Below the pieces are notes generated by a model. It ran no database searches, was not told the DNA's origin, and saw nothing but the letters and a program-made list of their open reading frames with translations. From Octopus vulgaris (lineage: Eukaryota), in assembly GCA_951406725.2 (NCBI GenBank), contig OX597816.1:40548001-40612000 (forward strand): a stretch of DNA of 64,000 bases, given 5' to 3'. The position numbers and the translations under genes were made by a program. Of the stretch, positions 1-12,528 are shown one piece after another; position 1 is the stretch's first letter; each line of letters starts with the position of its first letter.

Positions 1-215
1 GGACGTAAACAAACCAACAACAATTCCCAAGAGGTAGTGCGGGACAAATACAAATCAACAACATACATATCTACGACGGGCTTCTTTCAGTTTCCGTTTA
101 GTGAATTTACTAACCAGGTTTTGACTAGCTAGAGCCGCTAGTAGAAGATACTTGCCCAAGGTGTCACACAGTGTGACTGAACCTGGAAGGATGCAACTGG
201 GAAGCACCTCGCCAT
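1..215 (-). mobile_element. tRNA-derived SINE family A, degenerate 5' part
   Basis: Reverse complement matches the copies at 26348-26755 and 40611-41027 (acgggcttctttcagtttccg, cttgcccaaggtgtcac, actgaacc). Confidence 0.7.
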
Positions 216-237
216 ACAATCCCCAATGATTAATATT

Positions 238-452
238 CTTTTCTACTCTAGACACAAGGCCCGGAATTTTGGGGGAGGGGACCAGTCGATTAGATCGACC
301 CAAGTACGCAACTGGTACTTAATCTATCGTTCCAGAAAGGACGAAGGGCAAAGTTAACCTCGGCGGAATTTGAACTCAGAACGTGAAGACAGACGAAATA
401 TCGCTAAGTATTTCGCCCGGCGTAATAACGTTTTTGCCAGCTCGCTGCCTTC
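238..452 (-). mobile_element. tRNA-derived SINE family B
   Basis: Reverse complement of the 3856-4250 family; flanked by a near-identical target duplication aatga(t/c)taatatt at 225-237 and 457-469. Confidence 0.8.
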
Positions 453-602
453 CCGAAATGACTAATATTGTATTAATTATTGTCAAGTACAGAAGACGAC
501 TCCCGACAGATCAGAGATGATGGAGACCATATCAAAGCGACGCAGAAGTCATATTACTTGAGGAAGTAGTATTACATGTTCCACCCCTTAATTTTTTTAT
601 TC

Positions 603-990
603 TTTAATTCTTTTACACGTTTCATTCATTTGACTACAGCTATGCTGGAGCATCGCCTTAAATGGTGTACTCAAAGAATTCGATCTCAGATCTTATTCTT
701 TGTAAACGTAATACTTCTATCGGTAACTTTTTGCCGAACCACTAAGTTACGGGGACATAAACACACCAACATCGGTTGTCAAGTGATGGTGGGGGAACAA
801 ACACGGATACAAAGGCAGACACACACGCATATAAATACGTATGACGGGCTTCTTTCAGTTTCTGTCTACCAAATCCACTCACAAAGCTTTGGTCGACCCG
901 AAGGTGCCCAAAGTGCCAAACAATGGGACCGAACCTGAAACCTTGTAGTTAGGAAGCAAGCTTCTTATTATACAGCCACGCCTGTGCCTA
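603..990 (-). mobile_element. SINE family A, near full-length, diverged
   Basis: Collinear similarity to the reverse complement of 26348-26755. Confidence 0.8.
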
Positions 991-1290
991 TGCACAAAAT
1001 GTGCAAAACATGTAAAATGGTACAGAAGCTGACAAAGAAACATAGAACTATATAGAAAATATCTCGTATACAGCTTCCTCACTAGACCAAATTCACCTCG
1101 ATATTAACATTTCAGCTTAGAGATAACAAATGTTACACAATTTGAATATTAAGTTGGATTGCATAATAAATGTGAGCTATTATCATAAGTATCATACGTT
1201 TATCTGGTAGGAAACAGTTTCTTAGAGTTTTTGTTTGCGAGTACCATACACACTGCTAGATTAGAAGTCGCAAATGGTTCAGTGACTATA

Positions 1291-1674
1291 TCTCATATAA
1301 AGCTGAAGTTGTCTGTTTATGACAGGTTTGGTAGCCTTCAACTAACACTATCTTCACCGAGACCCTGCGGCACAAGTTGACCAAAATTGAGAGTATGATA
1401 GAAGGCTTGTTCTTTCTTCCGTAGAAGAAAAAAAATCAAATCGGACCATGTCAACACCAAAAATTATTTACGTAAAAAATGTGCTTTTTTTTCTATGAAA
1501 ATCCTTATCTTTTACGATTTTTTGACTGCTGTGTCGCCATTTTTCGGTGAATTTCAACCAGAAAAATGTTCACTTAAAGAGAATAACAAGCTACATAATG
1601 CAAAATTTTTACTTTTCAAAAATTCCAATTCTAAAGGGTCGAAACAAACCCGAGCAACGCCGGGCGATACTGTA

Positions 1675-1675
<1 letters not shown>
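1291..1675 (+). mobile_element. Non-autonomous Helitron
   Basis: 5' A|TC start (tctcatataaa); subterminal hairpin cccgagcaacgccggg (1649-1664) followed by a degenerate CTRR-type end (ctgtag|t). Same 3' hairpin as the element at 33677-34831. Confidence 0.65.
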
Positions 1676-1736
<61 letters not shown>

Positions 1737-1755
1737 CAGTATCATTTTCTCCAGT

Positions 1756-1793
1756 GCTCGCGAGCTCATTGGGCAGTAAGCTGACGTCATTGG
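1756..1793. promoter_or_regulatory. Possible cis-regulatory cluster (palindromic CTCGCGAG, two CCAAT boxes, CRE TGACGTCA)
   Basis: gctcgcgagc 1756-1765, attgg 1768-1772, tgacgtca 1782-1789, attgg 1789-1793, in apparently non-repetitive sequence; second TGACGTCA at 2237-2244. Motif evidence only. Confidence 0.25.
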
Positions 1794-2404
1794 TTTCTGC
1801 TAGTTGCAGTTGTATCAACATCCGCCTGTCTGTTATTAGCCTCTTTCAAGTTGGTTGAGCGTGTTGTGTAACATGTAATTTTCGGTCTTCTTTGCTTTCT
1901 TTTTCTCTTTAGTGGTGACCGTTTGAAAGCTATTTTTGAATAGCGCTCTTCTAGTAGACGGAGAGAAGGAGAGAGAGAGAGAGAGAGACAGAGACAGACA
2001 GACAGACAGAGGGAGAGAGAGAGAGAAAGAGAGAGTGAAACTGGGAGAGAAAAGAGTATCATGAAGCGATGACAATGACAGAAAAGCAAGGCTGAATATT
2101 ATTGCAATCACATGCAGAAAAATAAAAAGATGGACAAACCGTAGCGAGGATTAAAGAGCATAATTGGGAAGTAAACACACTATGTGTATGTGTATTAACT
2201 CGCCATCATTTTGAAAATGCTAGATACGATTCTGTCTGACGTCAAGCAGTATAATATATATATACGTACAGACACACACGTTTAAAAATATAAGTACATT
2301 TATTTATGTATACGTATATGGCTATACATACATAGATAGATATATACACGCACACGTAAATATATATATAAACATATAAATATATATATATATACATATC
2401 ATGA

Positions 2405-2591
2405 TAGATCGCTAGCTCCTACACGCATTTTTTTCTCTCCTTGTTTTTTTCTGTGTATCTTTCTGTCGAAGATCGTAGGCTCGAAACGTAAAAGACTTGT
2501 TCTATTTCTATTCCTGAGCGCCATACTAATACAATTGTTTGTTTGTACACCACCTGCCTTCGTCTTTTGTTTAGTTTCGTAAACCTTCCCG

Positions 2592-2594
<3 letters not shown>
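2405..2594 (+). mobile_element. Short PLE-like 3'-end fragment with minimal hammerhead, in (TA)n
   Basis: Homologous to 25238-25360 (minus); flanked by TA-rich tracts; contains HHR motif 2458-2495. Confidence 0.55.
2458..2495 (+). ncRNA. Minimal type I hammerhead ribozyme motif, core mutated (A6U)
   Basis: UCUUU-CUGUCGA-A-GAUC-GUAG-GCUC-GAAA-CG-UA-AAAGA; stem I UCUUU/AAAGA. Confidence 0.55.
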
Positions 2595-2649
<55 letters not shown>

Positions 2650-2664
2650 TCATATATATATATA

Positions 2665-3015
2665 TGTAAAAGTAAAAAATACACAAACTGGGACAAGAAC
2701 GTGAACCATTTAGAAGACGACACAAAAAACACGGACGGGACTTTCGAAGCTCTCAGTCATCAGTCAAGAACTGGATCATCTTCGCAATTTCGGCTGATTA
2801 ATCTTGAGATTGTTCCGATCTGGGCAGCCCCCAAAGGAAATCTAAGCCAAGCGCATTAGATTCCTTGGAAAAAAGCCTCGAAAGTATACAACACAGGGAC
2901 GGAAAACGGACGATGTTACACGAATAAAAATACAAAATACGTAAAAACAATAATGATAGCACGAATAAGAATACAAAATACGTAAAAACAATAATAACAA
3001 AACCAGGACGTCATG
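2665..3015 (-). mobile_element. Non-coding repeat family P1 (probable PLE-related) carrying a permuted hammerhead
   Basis: Homologous to 11870-12160; lies between (TA)n and (TG)n tracts. Confidence 0.6.
2753..2813 (-). ncRNA. Candidate non-circularly permuted (pseudoknotted) hammerhead, core nucleotides intact
   Basis: Minus strand: CAAU-C|UCAAGA ... UCAGCC-GAAA-UUGC ...14 nt... UCUUGA-CUGAUGA-CUGA. Stem I 6 bp, stem III 4 bp, stem II ambiguous. Confidence 0.55.
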
Positions 3016-3027
3016 ACGTGTATGTGT

Positions 3028-3068
<41 letters not shown>

Positions 3069-3306
3069 TGTGTTTGTATACATACATACACAGTTGAAAC
3101 ATTCCTGTCACAACCTGGGACCTTGAAGACTGCTTAAATGCAAGAAAGTGTACTAGTCCCTTAAGTCCCTGAATATTTAATATTTGATATTCAATATTTA
3201 ATCTATTCAATACTTCATTTCATTTTACATATAAATAAAACATAAAAAACAGAGTTGGAATTCCTTTGAATAATATATATCCCTCTATACACAATCATAC
3301 AAACTC

Positions 3307-3406
<100 letters not shown>

Positions 3407-3855
3407 GTATAGACATACGCACACACACACACACACATATATATGCTTTTAAGTATTCATGTGCATGTGTGAGTGTGTGAATGTGTGCGTGTTGAGAAAA
3501 GAAGATAGCTAAATAAATAGAGAGAGGGAGGAAGAGCGAGATAGATAGATTAGATAGATAGAAAGAGAGAGAGAGAGAGAGACAGAGAGAGAGAGAAAGA
3601 AAAAGAAAGAGAGACATTCGTTAGCAAACTGTCTGCTTAAACTATGTAAAATACACAGAAATATTGATATTTAATAACTCTGTATTCTCTGCTAAATTTA
3701 TCTCTGTCGGATAAATTTATCTATTTACTTAATATTTAATTAACCTTTTACTTTAATTCTCAAGTTTAAACATATGAATATGCAGTAATTGATTAGTACG
3801 AAATTTCGGATATTTTCAATAAACACTTTTATTACTTGAATTACTGACTCCATAA

Positions 3856-4250
3856 GGCGGCGAGCTGGCAGAAACGTTAGCACGCCAGGCGAATTGCGTA
3901 GCCGTATTTCGTCTGCCGTTACGTTCTGAGATCAAATTCCGCCGAGGTCGACTTTGCCTTTCATCCTTTCGGGGTCGATAAATTAACTACCAGTTACGCA
4001 CTGGGGTCGATATAGTCGACTTAATCCGTTTGTCTATCCTTGTTGTCCTCTCTGTGTTTACCCCTTGTGGGTAGTAAAGAAATAGGTATTTCGTCAGTCT
4101 TTACGTTCTGAATTCAAATTCCGCCGAGGTTGACTTTGCCTCTCATCCTTTCGGGGTCGATAGATTAAGTACCAGTTGCGTACTGGGGTCGATCTAATCG
4201 ACTGGCCCCCTCCCCAAATTTTCGGGCCTTGTGCCTAAAGTAGAAAAGAA
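3856..4250 (+). mobile_element. SINE family B, dimeric (internally duplicated body)
   Basis: ggcggcgagctggcagaaacgttagc head; B-box-like gagatcaaattcc; second monomer from about 4085; TSD-like gaattact on both flanks. Confidence 0.85.
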
Positions 4251-4465
4251 TTACTCTCTACATTATTACATTTACTGACGAAGCCTGGCTCTTATTCTAT
4301 CAGTCAAGTTTGCCGAAGCGCTAGGTTGTGGTGGATGTAAACAAACCTGCTTTCAAGCGGTGTTGGGGAACAAATACTATATAAAGACAAAGATACACAC
4401 ACATATATATACATACACACATATATTTGTATGTATATAGATATATGTGTATGTATGTATATCTA

Positions 4466-4500
<35 letters not shown>

Positions 4501-4524
4501 ATCTATCTATATATATATATATCT

Positions 4525-4701
4525 TTTACTCTTTTACTCTTTTACTTGTTTCAGTCATTTGACAAATCGACCCCGGGACTTATTCTTTGTAAGCCCAGTA
4601 CTTATTCTATCGGTCTCTTTTGCTGAACCGCTAAGTGACGGGGACATAAACACACCAGCATCGGTCAAGCAATGCTAGGGGGACAAACACACACAAACAC
4701 A

Positions 4702-4749
<48 letters not shown>

Positions 4750-4905
4750 CATATATACGACAGGCTTCTTTCAGTTTCCGTCTACCAAATCCACTCACAA
4801 GGCATTGGTCGGCCCGGGGCTATAGCAGAAGACACTTGCCCAAGATGCCACGGAACCATGTGGTTGGTTGGCAAGCTACTTACCACACAGCCACTCCTGC
4901 ACCTA
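4525..4905 (-). mobile_element. SINE family A
   Basis: High similarity to the reverse complement of 40611-41027, with small internal deletions. Confidence 0.85.
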
Positions 4906-4936
4906 TATCTATTATATATATATATCTATTATATTA

Positions 4937-5165
4937 GGTGGCGAGCTGGCAGAATCGTTAGAGCGCCGGGCGAAATGCTTAGCTGTATTTCGCCTGTCGT
5001 TACGTTCTGAGTTCAAATTCCGCCGGGGTCGACTTTGCCTTTCATCCTCTCGGGGTCGATAAATTTAGTACCAGTTTCGCACTGGGTCGATATAATCGAC
5101 TTAATCCGTTTGTCTGTCATTGTTTGTCCCCTCAATGTTTAGCCCCTTGTGGGCAATAAAGAAAT
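4937..5165 (+). mobile_element. SINE family B
   Basis: Full head and body; TSD-like atatatctattatat on both flanks. Confidence 0.85.
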
Positions 5166-5774
5166 ATATATCTATTATATATATATTCATATAAGTTATC
5201 ATTATCTACAAAAACTAATAAAGCGGTTTATTAGTTTAGAGAAATATAATAGATGCCACAACATCACCGTTATCCTATTTCATTTAACAAACAATCATTA
5301 ACACAATCCTCAGCTCCTTTATTCAACCACTCATCTGCACTAGATTACTTGTCACCATTTCAGACATAGGTGGAGCTGTTGTTTCTTCAGACAAATTGCT
5401 TTTGTTTTAGTTAGTCTACGCGTCGTTTTACTGTTGTCTTTTGAAAACGATGTTGGTTATGGCCGGTAGGTAGGATGGCATCTTATTGTCATTAATGCTT
5501 GAGTTATTGTTGTCGTCGTCGCAGTTGTTGCTTTTGCTTTTTGTTGTTTGTTCGTGTTGGTATTGTTGTTGTTTTGCTTTAGGTGTGTTTTTCGTTTTTG
5601 TTGTTGTTGTTGTTATGATATCGATTACATTGATTGGAAACCAAAGTTAAAACAAACCCGCTTTTTTTTTTCACAGAGCCGTCTACAAACATTAATGAAT
5701 CATATTCCAGTTCTAGTTCGAAATTCTAGTTCCCATAATTCTACTTCTTTCTTTTATATGTTTCCTCCTCCTCT

Positions 5775-6021
5775 TCCTACGACTACGACTACCACTACCA
5801 CTACCACCACCACCACCACCACCACCACACCACCACCACTACAACCACCACCACTACCACCACTACTACCACTGCTACTACTACCTCTACTACTACTACT
5901 ACTACTACCACCAACAATAACATTACCACCACCACTACTATTACTACAACTACTATTACCACCACCACTACCACCACCACCGCCACCACCACCACCACCA
6001 CCACCACTACTACTACTACTG

Positions 6022-6107
<86 letters not shown>

Positions 6108-6141
6108 GCTGCTGCTGCTACTACTGCTGCTGCTGCTGCTG

Positions 6142-6215
<74 letters not shown>
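5775..6215. repeat. Compound (CCA)/(CTA)/(CTG) trinucleotide microsatellite
   Basis: Directly visible; explains ORFs 5548..6318 and 5801..6298. Confidence 0.95.
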
Positions 6216-6216
<1 letters not shown>

Positions 6217-6731
6217 TTTCACCGAATTGCCCGCACGTTTTTTCCCTCTCAATGCATCTCGTTGTCGTGTTCATTGTTTTCGCCCCCCACCAGCGCAATT
6301 ATCTATCTACATTCTTAGTCTACTTGCTCTGAAATTTAAAGTTAACTATAAGTATATGGATATACATACACACACACGGAGACATCAACACTCGCAGATA
6401 TATATTGAGAGACTCTAACACAGAACGAAACAGATACAGACAGGCAGATAAAGATATATGTGTGCTTGCCTATGTGAATAAGTATGGGTGTATATGCGTG
6501 CGTATATAGGTAGTATATTTAGTATATTAAGCGTTTGACAAGCCGTATAAATCTCTAAACATTCAACGCTGTGGTCCAGAATGGTAGCAGTCAAGTGACT
6601 AAAACCAGGAAAAGAGCAGTAAATGTCTGACCACCCGCCCGTATGTGTCCCTATATGTTTGTATATATACACACACACACACACACACAAATATATATAT
6701 ATATATATATATATAAATATATATATGTATG

Positions 6732-6781
<50 letters not shown>

Positions 6782-6960
6782 AGGGCTTAGTAAAATAAAT
6801 TACTTTGCCACATACTGAACTCATTAGAAATAGCAGCCAAAAAAAAATTTTTTAGCCATTTCTAATACTTAAAGAAAATTTCTCTCAGATAGTGTTTACT
6901 CAAAATAACCCGCGAAGGTATGGGGGTAAAAACATTAAAAAATCACAAGTGCAAAGATTA

Positions 6961-7022
6961 TTTGAGAACGTACGTTTCTAGATCAGCCAAATACAATTCG
7001 ACATTTCTTTCGTCAGCTCAAA
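6961..7022 (-). ncRNA. Type I hammerhead ribozyme motif (inverted copy)
   Basis: Reverse complement of 7698-7759. Confidence 0.65.
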
Positions 7023-7697
7023 ATTTCTTAATTCGGATTTGTAAACACTGAAAATAGGAGCATACCCTTTTGGCGACTTTTCACCTCCGAAGATCTGTTC
7101 AAACTAACAGTGCCAACAAATTCAAAATATGCAAGCGAAGAATTTCTGCCCTCCCTTTCCACCCACGTGGGTTAAACTAGCAAACACCATGTTTTATCGG
7201 TGAAATGAATTATAATTTCAACAATTGAGGGTAAAATTATTACCATACCTTCGCGGGTTATTTTGAGTAAACACTATCTGAGAGAAATTTTCTTTAAGTA
7301 TTAGAAATGGCTAAAAAAATTTTTTTTGGCTGCTATTTCTAATGAGTTCAGTATATGGCAAAGTAATTTATTTTACTAAGCCCTTTATAAAATGTAATAT
7401 TTTGAATTCTCCTTAAATGGTCCCTTTACATACTGAATACTTGGTGAAATTGATTAATAATTAATTAATTTTACCCTCAATTGTTGAAATTATAATTCAT
7501 TTCTCTCTGTTTATTGCTTCGGTTTTCACCGATAAAACATGGTGTTTGCTAGTTTAACCCACGTGGGTGGAAAGGGAGGGCAGAATTGCATATTTTGAAT
7601 TTGTTGGCACTGTTAGTTTGAACAGATCTTCGGAGGTGAAAAGTCGCCAAAAGGGTATGCTCCTATTTTCAGTGTTTACAAATCCGAATTAAGAAAT

Positions 7698-7759
7698 TTT
7701 GAGCTGACGAAAGAAATGTCGAATTGTATTTGGCTGATCTAGAAACGTACGTTCTCAAA
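7698..7759 (+). ncRNA. Type I hammerhead ribozyme motif
   Basis: UUUGAG-CUGACGA-[A AGA..GUCGAAU UGU AUUUGGC..UCU A]-GAAAC-GUAC-GUU|CUCAAA: 6-bp stem I, short stem III with palindromic GUAC loop. Confidence 0.65.
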
Positions 7760-8067
7760 TAATCTTTGCACTTGTGATTTTTTAATGTTTTTACCCCCAT
7801 ACCTTCGCGGGTTATTTTGAGTAAACACTATCTGAGAGAAATTTTCTTTAAGTATTAGAAATGGCTAAAAAAATTTTTTTGGGCTGCTATTTCTAATGAG
7901 TTCAGTATGTGGCAAAGTAATTTATTTTACTAAGCCCTTTATAAAATGTAATATTTTGAATTCGCCTTAAATGGTCCCTTTACATACTGAATACTTGGTG
8001 AAATTGATTAATAATTAATTAATTTTACCCTCAATTGTTGAAAGTATATATATATATATATATAGAT

Positions 8068-8305
8068 GGTGGAGGTAGATGGCCTAGCGTTTAGAGCAGC
8101 GGACTGGCGGTCGAGGGATCGCGGCTCCGGCAGAAGGTAATGGCGAACTTCTGCTGACTCTTTCGCCACAACTTTCTCTAACTCTTTCTTCCTGCATCTT
8201 GCAGCTCACCTTAGACGGACCGGCGTCCCGTCCAGGTGGGGAACCTATACGCCAAGAAAATTGGGAAACCGGCCCTTATGAACCACTCATGGCTCGAGAA
8301 GAACA
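8068..8305 (+). mobile_element. SINE family C, diverged with internal deletion
   Basis: tggcctagcgtttagagcagcggact head and ccacaactttctct body, shared with 50785-51165. Confidence 0.65.
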
Positions 8306-9297
8306 AACATGTACATGGATGAACGTATATGTTTGTTTTATTATGTGAATGCGTTACGTGGTCGCTTGTGTATGTGCATAAATTGTAAATGAAGCGCCTT
8401 TGCGGAGAAATATCGTAAATGTCATAGCTTTTTGAGAAACTGATTTGAACCAAATGACGAGATGACAGAAAACAAAATGTATCAAAACAGTATAACGGAG
8501 AGTAAAAGTTTACTTAGTCTTGTGTTAAACTGATATCAATGAAACTATGGTATATGAACAAAAACGGCTATATTAGAAGAATAATGTGACAGACAAAATA
8601 CAAAAGCAGCAACAAAAAATTTTGTTGTTGCTTTAGGTTTTAAAGCTTAAACGTACTGACAAGAGAGGAGATGTATAACGTAGGCGTTTAGACATAGATT
8701 GAAAGATAGGAAGATGAATATATCGACGGAGAGATAGTTAGATAGATAAATAGATAAAAATGTATAGGTTGATCGATAGCTATACAGAGTTATGGAAGCT
8801 TAGTGAAGATGAGTGTATGCGAATATGTGCTTGGGGAGATAATTGGTTAGCAAGAAGGGTACATGGATATATTAAAAGATAGATCGATTGATTCATATAC
8901 AGATGAGTTAAATTAAAAAAATATTTAACTAGCGAATAAATCAAAAGCGAAACTTGTTGCTGTGTAGGATGAAACTGTTGAATTGTACTCGCTTTTGGAG
9001 ATAAAAAGTCTTCGTCAAACGGGATTTTTGTGTGGCCACCACGCTGAGGGTTGGAAATGCTATCACTGTTCAGAAAAGCAGCACGTTTGTTGCTATGTGT
9101 CGAGCTCACAACAGCGGGCAATTGTAGGTTTCAGTTTCCTAATGAAGTGCGTTTCGGTTATTTGAGGAGGCATCCCGTGGTTGTTTATTGATTATCACTT
9201 CAGGGAAATGCTTTCTCTACATACTAATAGTATTGAAACATTGCCCTTAGTCGTATGAGATCTCCAAGGCATTATACCAATTCATTAAATTCATATG

Positions 9298-9358
9298 CAC
9301 ATGTATACGCGCCACATGTATACGCGTCACACGTATACGCGCCACATGTATACGCGCC
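9298..9358. repeat. 15-bp minisatellite, 4 copies (cacatgtatacgcgc)
   Basis: Directly visible; abuts a SINE A fragment at 9358-9445. Confidence 0.85.
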
Positions 9359-9635
9359 TGGGCAAGTGTCTTCTACTATAGACTCGGGCTGACCAGAGTC
9401 TTGTGAATGGATTTGGTAGACGGAAACCGAAACAAGCCGATCATATATATACAGGGCGCGTAAGATATTTGAGGACAGATTTATGCTTATAAAAAAAACA
9501 GCTATATAATAACAGATAATAACATTAATTATCAAAAAATGCTATGAGGGTAAAAATAAACCTTCTTTTCTGTAATTTTATTCAATAAAGCCACATTCAG
9601 CTTCAACAACTGCTGTTATATGAGACCTAAATCAT

Positions 9636-10380
9636 ACGCGAAGGCTATTCATCGTTTGAACAACACCGGTGTTGTTCAAACGATGAATAAGCCTTCGCGT
9701 AAACTATTGGTTCGTTTTGTTCTCTTACTTTATTATCATCTTATAATCATCTCATAATAATGACCTTTATGACTCGTATTACTACCTCAGTCAATCTAAA
9801 TGTATATATTTGTCACTACCTGTCACAAATAGCCTTTTTCTATTTGCAATATGCATTTTCGTTGATTTTTCATATTTTTTCATATTTTACCCTTACATTT
9901 CCACGTGTATTTTATATTTTCTTTTCGTAACATATTTCTACTATATATATATATGTCTGCAACACTGTATATAAATTCCCTACTGGGAATGACCAAGTTT
10001 AAAAATATGCTGGATCTCACTCATAAGGGAGTCTTACCTTGCTTATAAACTCTATATTCGGAAGGACTCATTTTAAACTCTGTTGGACTTTTGGACTTTA
10101 CTCATAGGATATTGGAATATTGCATATATACCATTATGCCTAATAAATGGGTTTACAACTTCAATACCCATACACATCCTGCATCTATTTTCTTTCCTCC
10201 ACCTCACTCTCTATTTTGTATCACATCTAAACTAACTATGACTTAACTATCCTCTCACACCATTTACAATGAAGGGATAAAATTAATAAATATCCTAGAA
10301 ACAGCTGTAAGACCTTCTATCTATAAATGCTCTAATATCTACACAGCCTTTTTTTATCTTATTATGCAAAAAATTCTGAT
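9636..10380 (+). mobile_element. Decayed PLE-like remnant with 5' fold-back and degenerate hammerhead
   Basis: Near-perfect 65-bp palindrome at 9636-9700; GGGAUA/UAUCCU-A-GAAAC-AGCU-GUA at about 10273-10309 with a damaged CUGANGA box. Confidence 0.4.
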
Positions 10381-11793
10381 ATCTATATATATGCAAGCAT
10401 GATAAGTCACTCATAACCCAATTATTATCATGTCACCAAGTCCATTCTGTTCCACATTTAGTCCGTCGGTGGCTATGGATGGCAACCTACCGGACCTGGA
10501 CACCCTGCATAAGGTACGACAAAACCTATCAAAACAACGAATGAACACAGCAGGATCCACGATCTTCCAACAGAGAAAACCCCTAGTCTTCGTTTACACA
10601 TCTCTTTAGGAGAATGAAAAGTCGCCACTACGTTTGCATCCTTTACATTTACTTCTGTGTGAGGATATAAAAATACCTGATGTATAAACACGCTTTCTGG
10701 TAAGCAATTGGAAGTGTCATTCCCCTAGCTTCCGTTGAGGCAAATACATCTGAGAAGAAAATTCTGAAACACCAGTCTCACTGCGAAGCCAGAGACCATT
10801 TCGACAGACTGACTTTAAACGTGAGTGAATTAACAAGCTGATATTGACTTTAAATGTCAGGACAGGAGTTGCTAACGGCCATTGTCTTTAACATCAATAG
10901 CATAACGTGTCAGCGATGCTCATACTCATCTACATATGATTATGGCACTAAACACGGAATTATTGCTTCATCTTTCTTAATCTTCTGCCCTTGCTCCATC
11001 TCATTATCCTCTTTTCAGATCATTGCAACATTATTTAGTGAAGAACATAATATTAATTGTGAAGAGGTTAACAAAGATAGAATTAATCTTTGCTTAGAAA
11101 TCTGAAGATCTTATGCCGAGTGATGAACAATTTTCAAAAATAGATCGGATTATGTTATCAATAAAGATGGGAAATATTGTTGATTAACTAAATATATCTA
11201 TTATAACTAAAGACCATTCATTTCTTTCTAATCTTCAAATGCGACAGGATTTTCTTTCATATATACGTATATGTGTGTGGGGTGGGGGTGAGTGCATATA
11301 TGAATACATATGCACACATACACACACATATATGATGAAGAAGAATATGGAGAGTCTTAACAGAGAACAATCAATTTATTAACATTTTGTCAATTTATTA
11401 CCTATAATTGTTTCCATATCTACTCTCACTGAAATTACAAATTACAAGCTGGCGAAGCTTGTACACATCCCTTTTAAGAGGAATCTATATCTTAATGAGA
11501 AGACACACAGGTACACCCCCCACACACACACGTACACACACACACACGTACACATACACAGGCACGCACAGGCACGCATAGGCACGCACACACACCCATA
11601 CATATTTCAGAAGCTTGCTACCTAGTCAGATGACTCCTGCACCTGTCTAAAAGTCCAATAGAGCGGACAAGTGCCATTTACTTATAGCCGCGGGCCAATG
11701 AAGCCTTGTCAGTAGATATGTGGATGCAGTAGGTGGAAACTGAAAGAAGTCCCTCGTATACATAGATGTGTGTATATATATATACATATATGT

Positions 11794-11860
<67 letters not shown>

Positions 11861-11869
11861 CGTATATAT

Positions 11870-12160
11870 ATAATACAAAATGGGACAACAAAACATCCAG
11901 GTAGACGATACAACGAAAACAAGGACGGGTCATTCGAAACTTTCTTTCCTCAGTCAAGTACCATATTATCTTCGCAATTTCGGCTGATTATACTTGCGAT
12001 TGCTCCAATCTGGCCAGCCCAAAGGAAAAACTAAGCTAAGAGCATTAGATTCTTTGGAAGAAAGCAGTGAATGTATACAAAAACAAGGACGGAAATAATG
12101 GACAATGTTATACAAATACAACAAAAATAACAGTAACAGGACGTCCTGCCACTGGACGAC
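11870..12160 (-). mobile_element. Repeat family P1, second copy
   Basis: Collinear with 2665-3015 (ttcgcaatttcggctgatta, cattagattc..tgga). Confidence 0.6.
11940..12003 (-). ncRNA. Candidate permuted hammerhead (family P1)
   Basis: GCAAU-C|GCAAGUA ... GAAA-UUGC ... UACUUGA-CUGAGGA; stem III 5 bp, stem I 6 bp with a 1.1/2.1 mismatch; stem II not supported. Confidence 0.45.
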
Positions 12161-12484
12161 TGACATCGAGGGAATAGCTACCAGACTCAAAGAAATAAGT
12201 ACTGGCGTTGATTCGCTCGATAAAAAAATTCAAGGCGGTGAAGTACGTAAAAGATGAAAGATAATATATATATGCGATGCTAATGATGCTGACTTGTGAG
12301 ACAATTTTTCGGGGTTGCATATGTTGTACATCCAAAGAAATGAATCAATGATGATGACCAAGAATACTACGGACTACACTGTGATCATTACAGGCATACC
12401 GACTGTGATATTAAAAGTCACATAACTAGTGGAAACGCGCGTAGCGATGCATTAAATGTTTATAAATTCCATCCAAAGATTATT

Positions 12485-12528
<44 letters not shown>

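Larger units (their letters stand above)
6775..8043 (+). mobile_element. Non-autonomous PLE-like/retrozyme-like insertion: 554-bp unit in partial tandem plus inverted 5' copy, in (TA)n
   Basis: 7243-7489 is repeated at 7797-8043 (period 554); 6775-7205 is the reverse complement of about 7524-7944; TA tracts on both sides; HHR in each orientation. Confidence 0.75.

Noticed and set aside
2741-2763. Conventional type III hammerhead using the downstream GAAA (2742-2745)
   Set aside because: Helix III does not pair with the AUC strand and the paralog reads GAAU there; the internal GAAAUUGC pairs and is conserved.
5548-6318. 256-aa ORF, and the many YI/VC/poly-L/I/Y ORFs across the window
   Set aside because: Translations of di- and trinucleotide microsatellites; no domain content.
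8780-9121. Possible host exon on the minus strand
   Set aside because: No recognisable protein similarity and no convincing splice sites.
9298-9358. CRISPR-like repeat array
   Set aside because: Contiguous 15-bp tandem repeat with no spacers, in a eukaryotic context.
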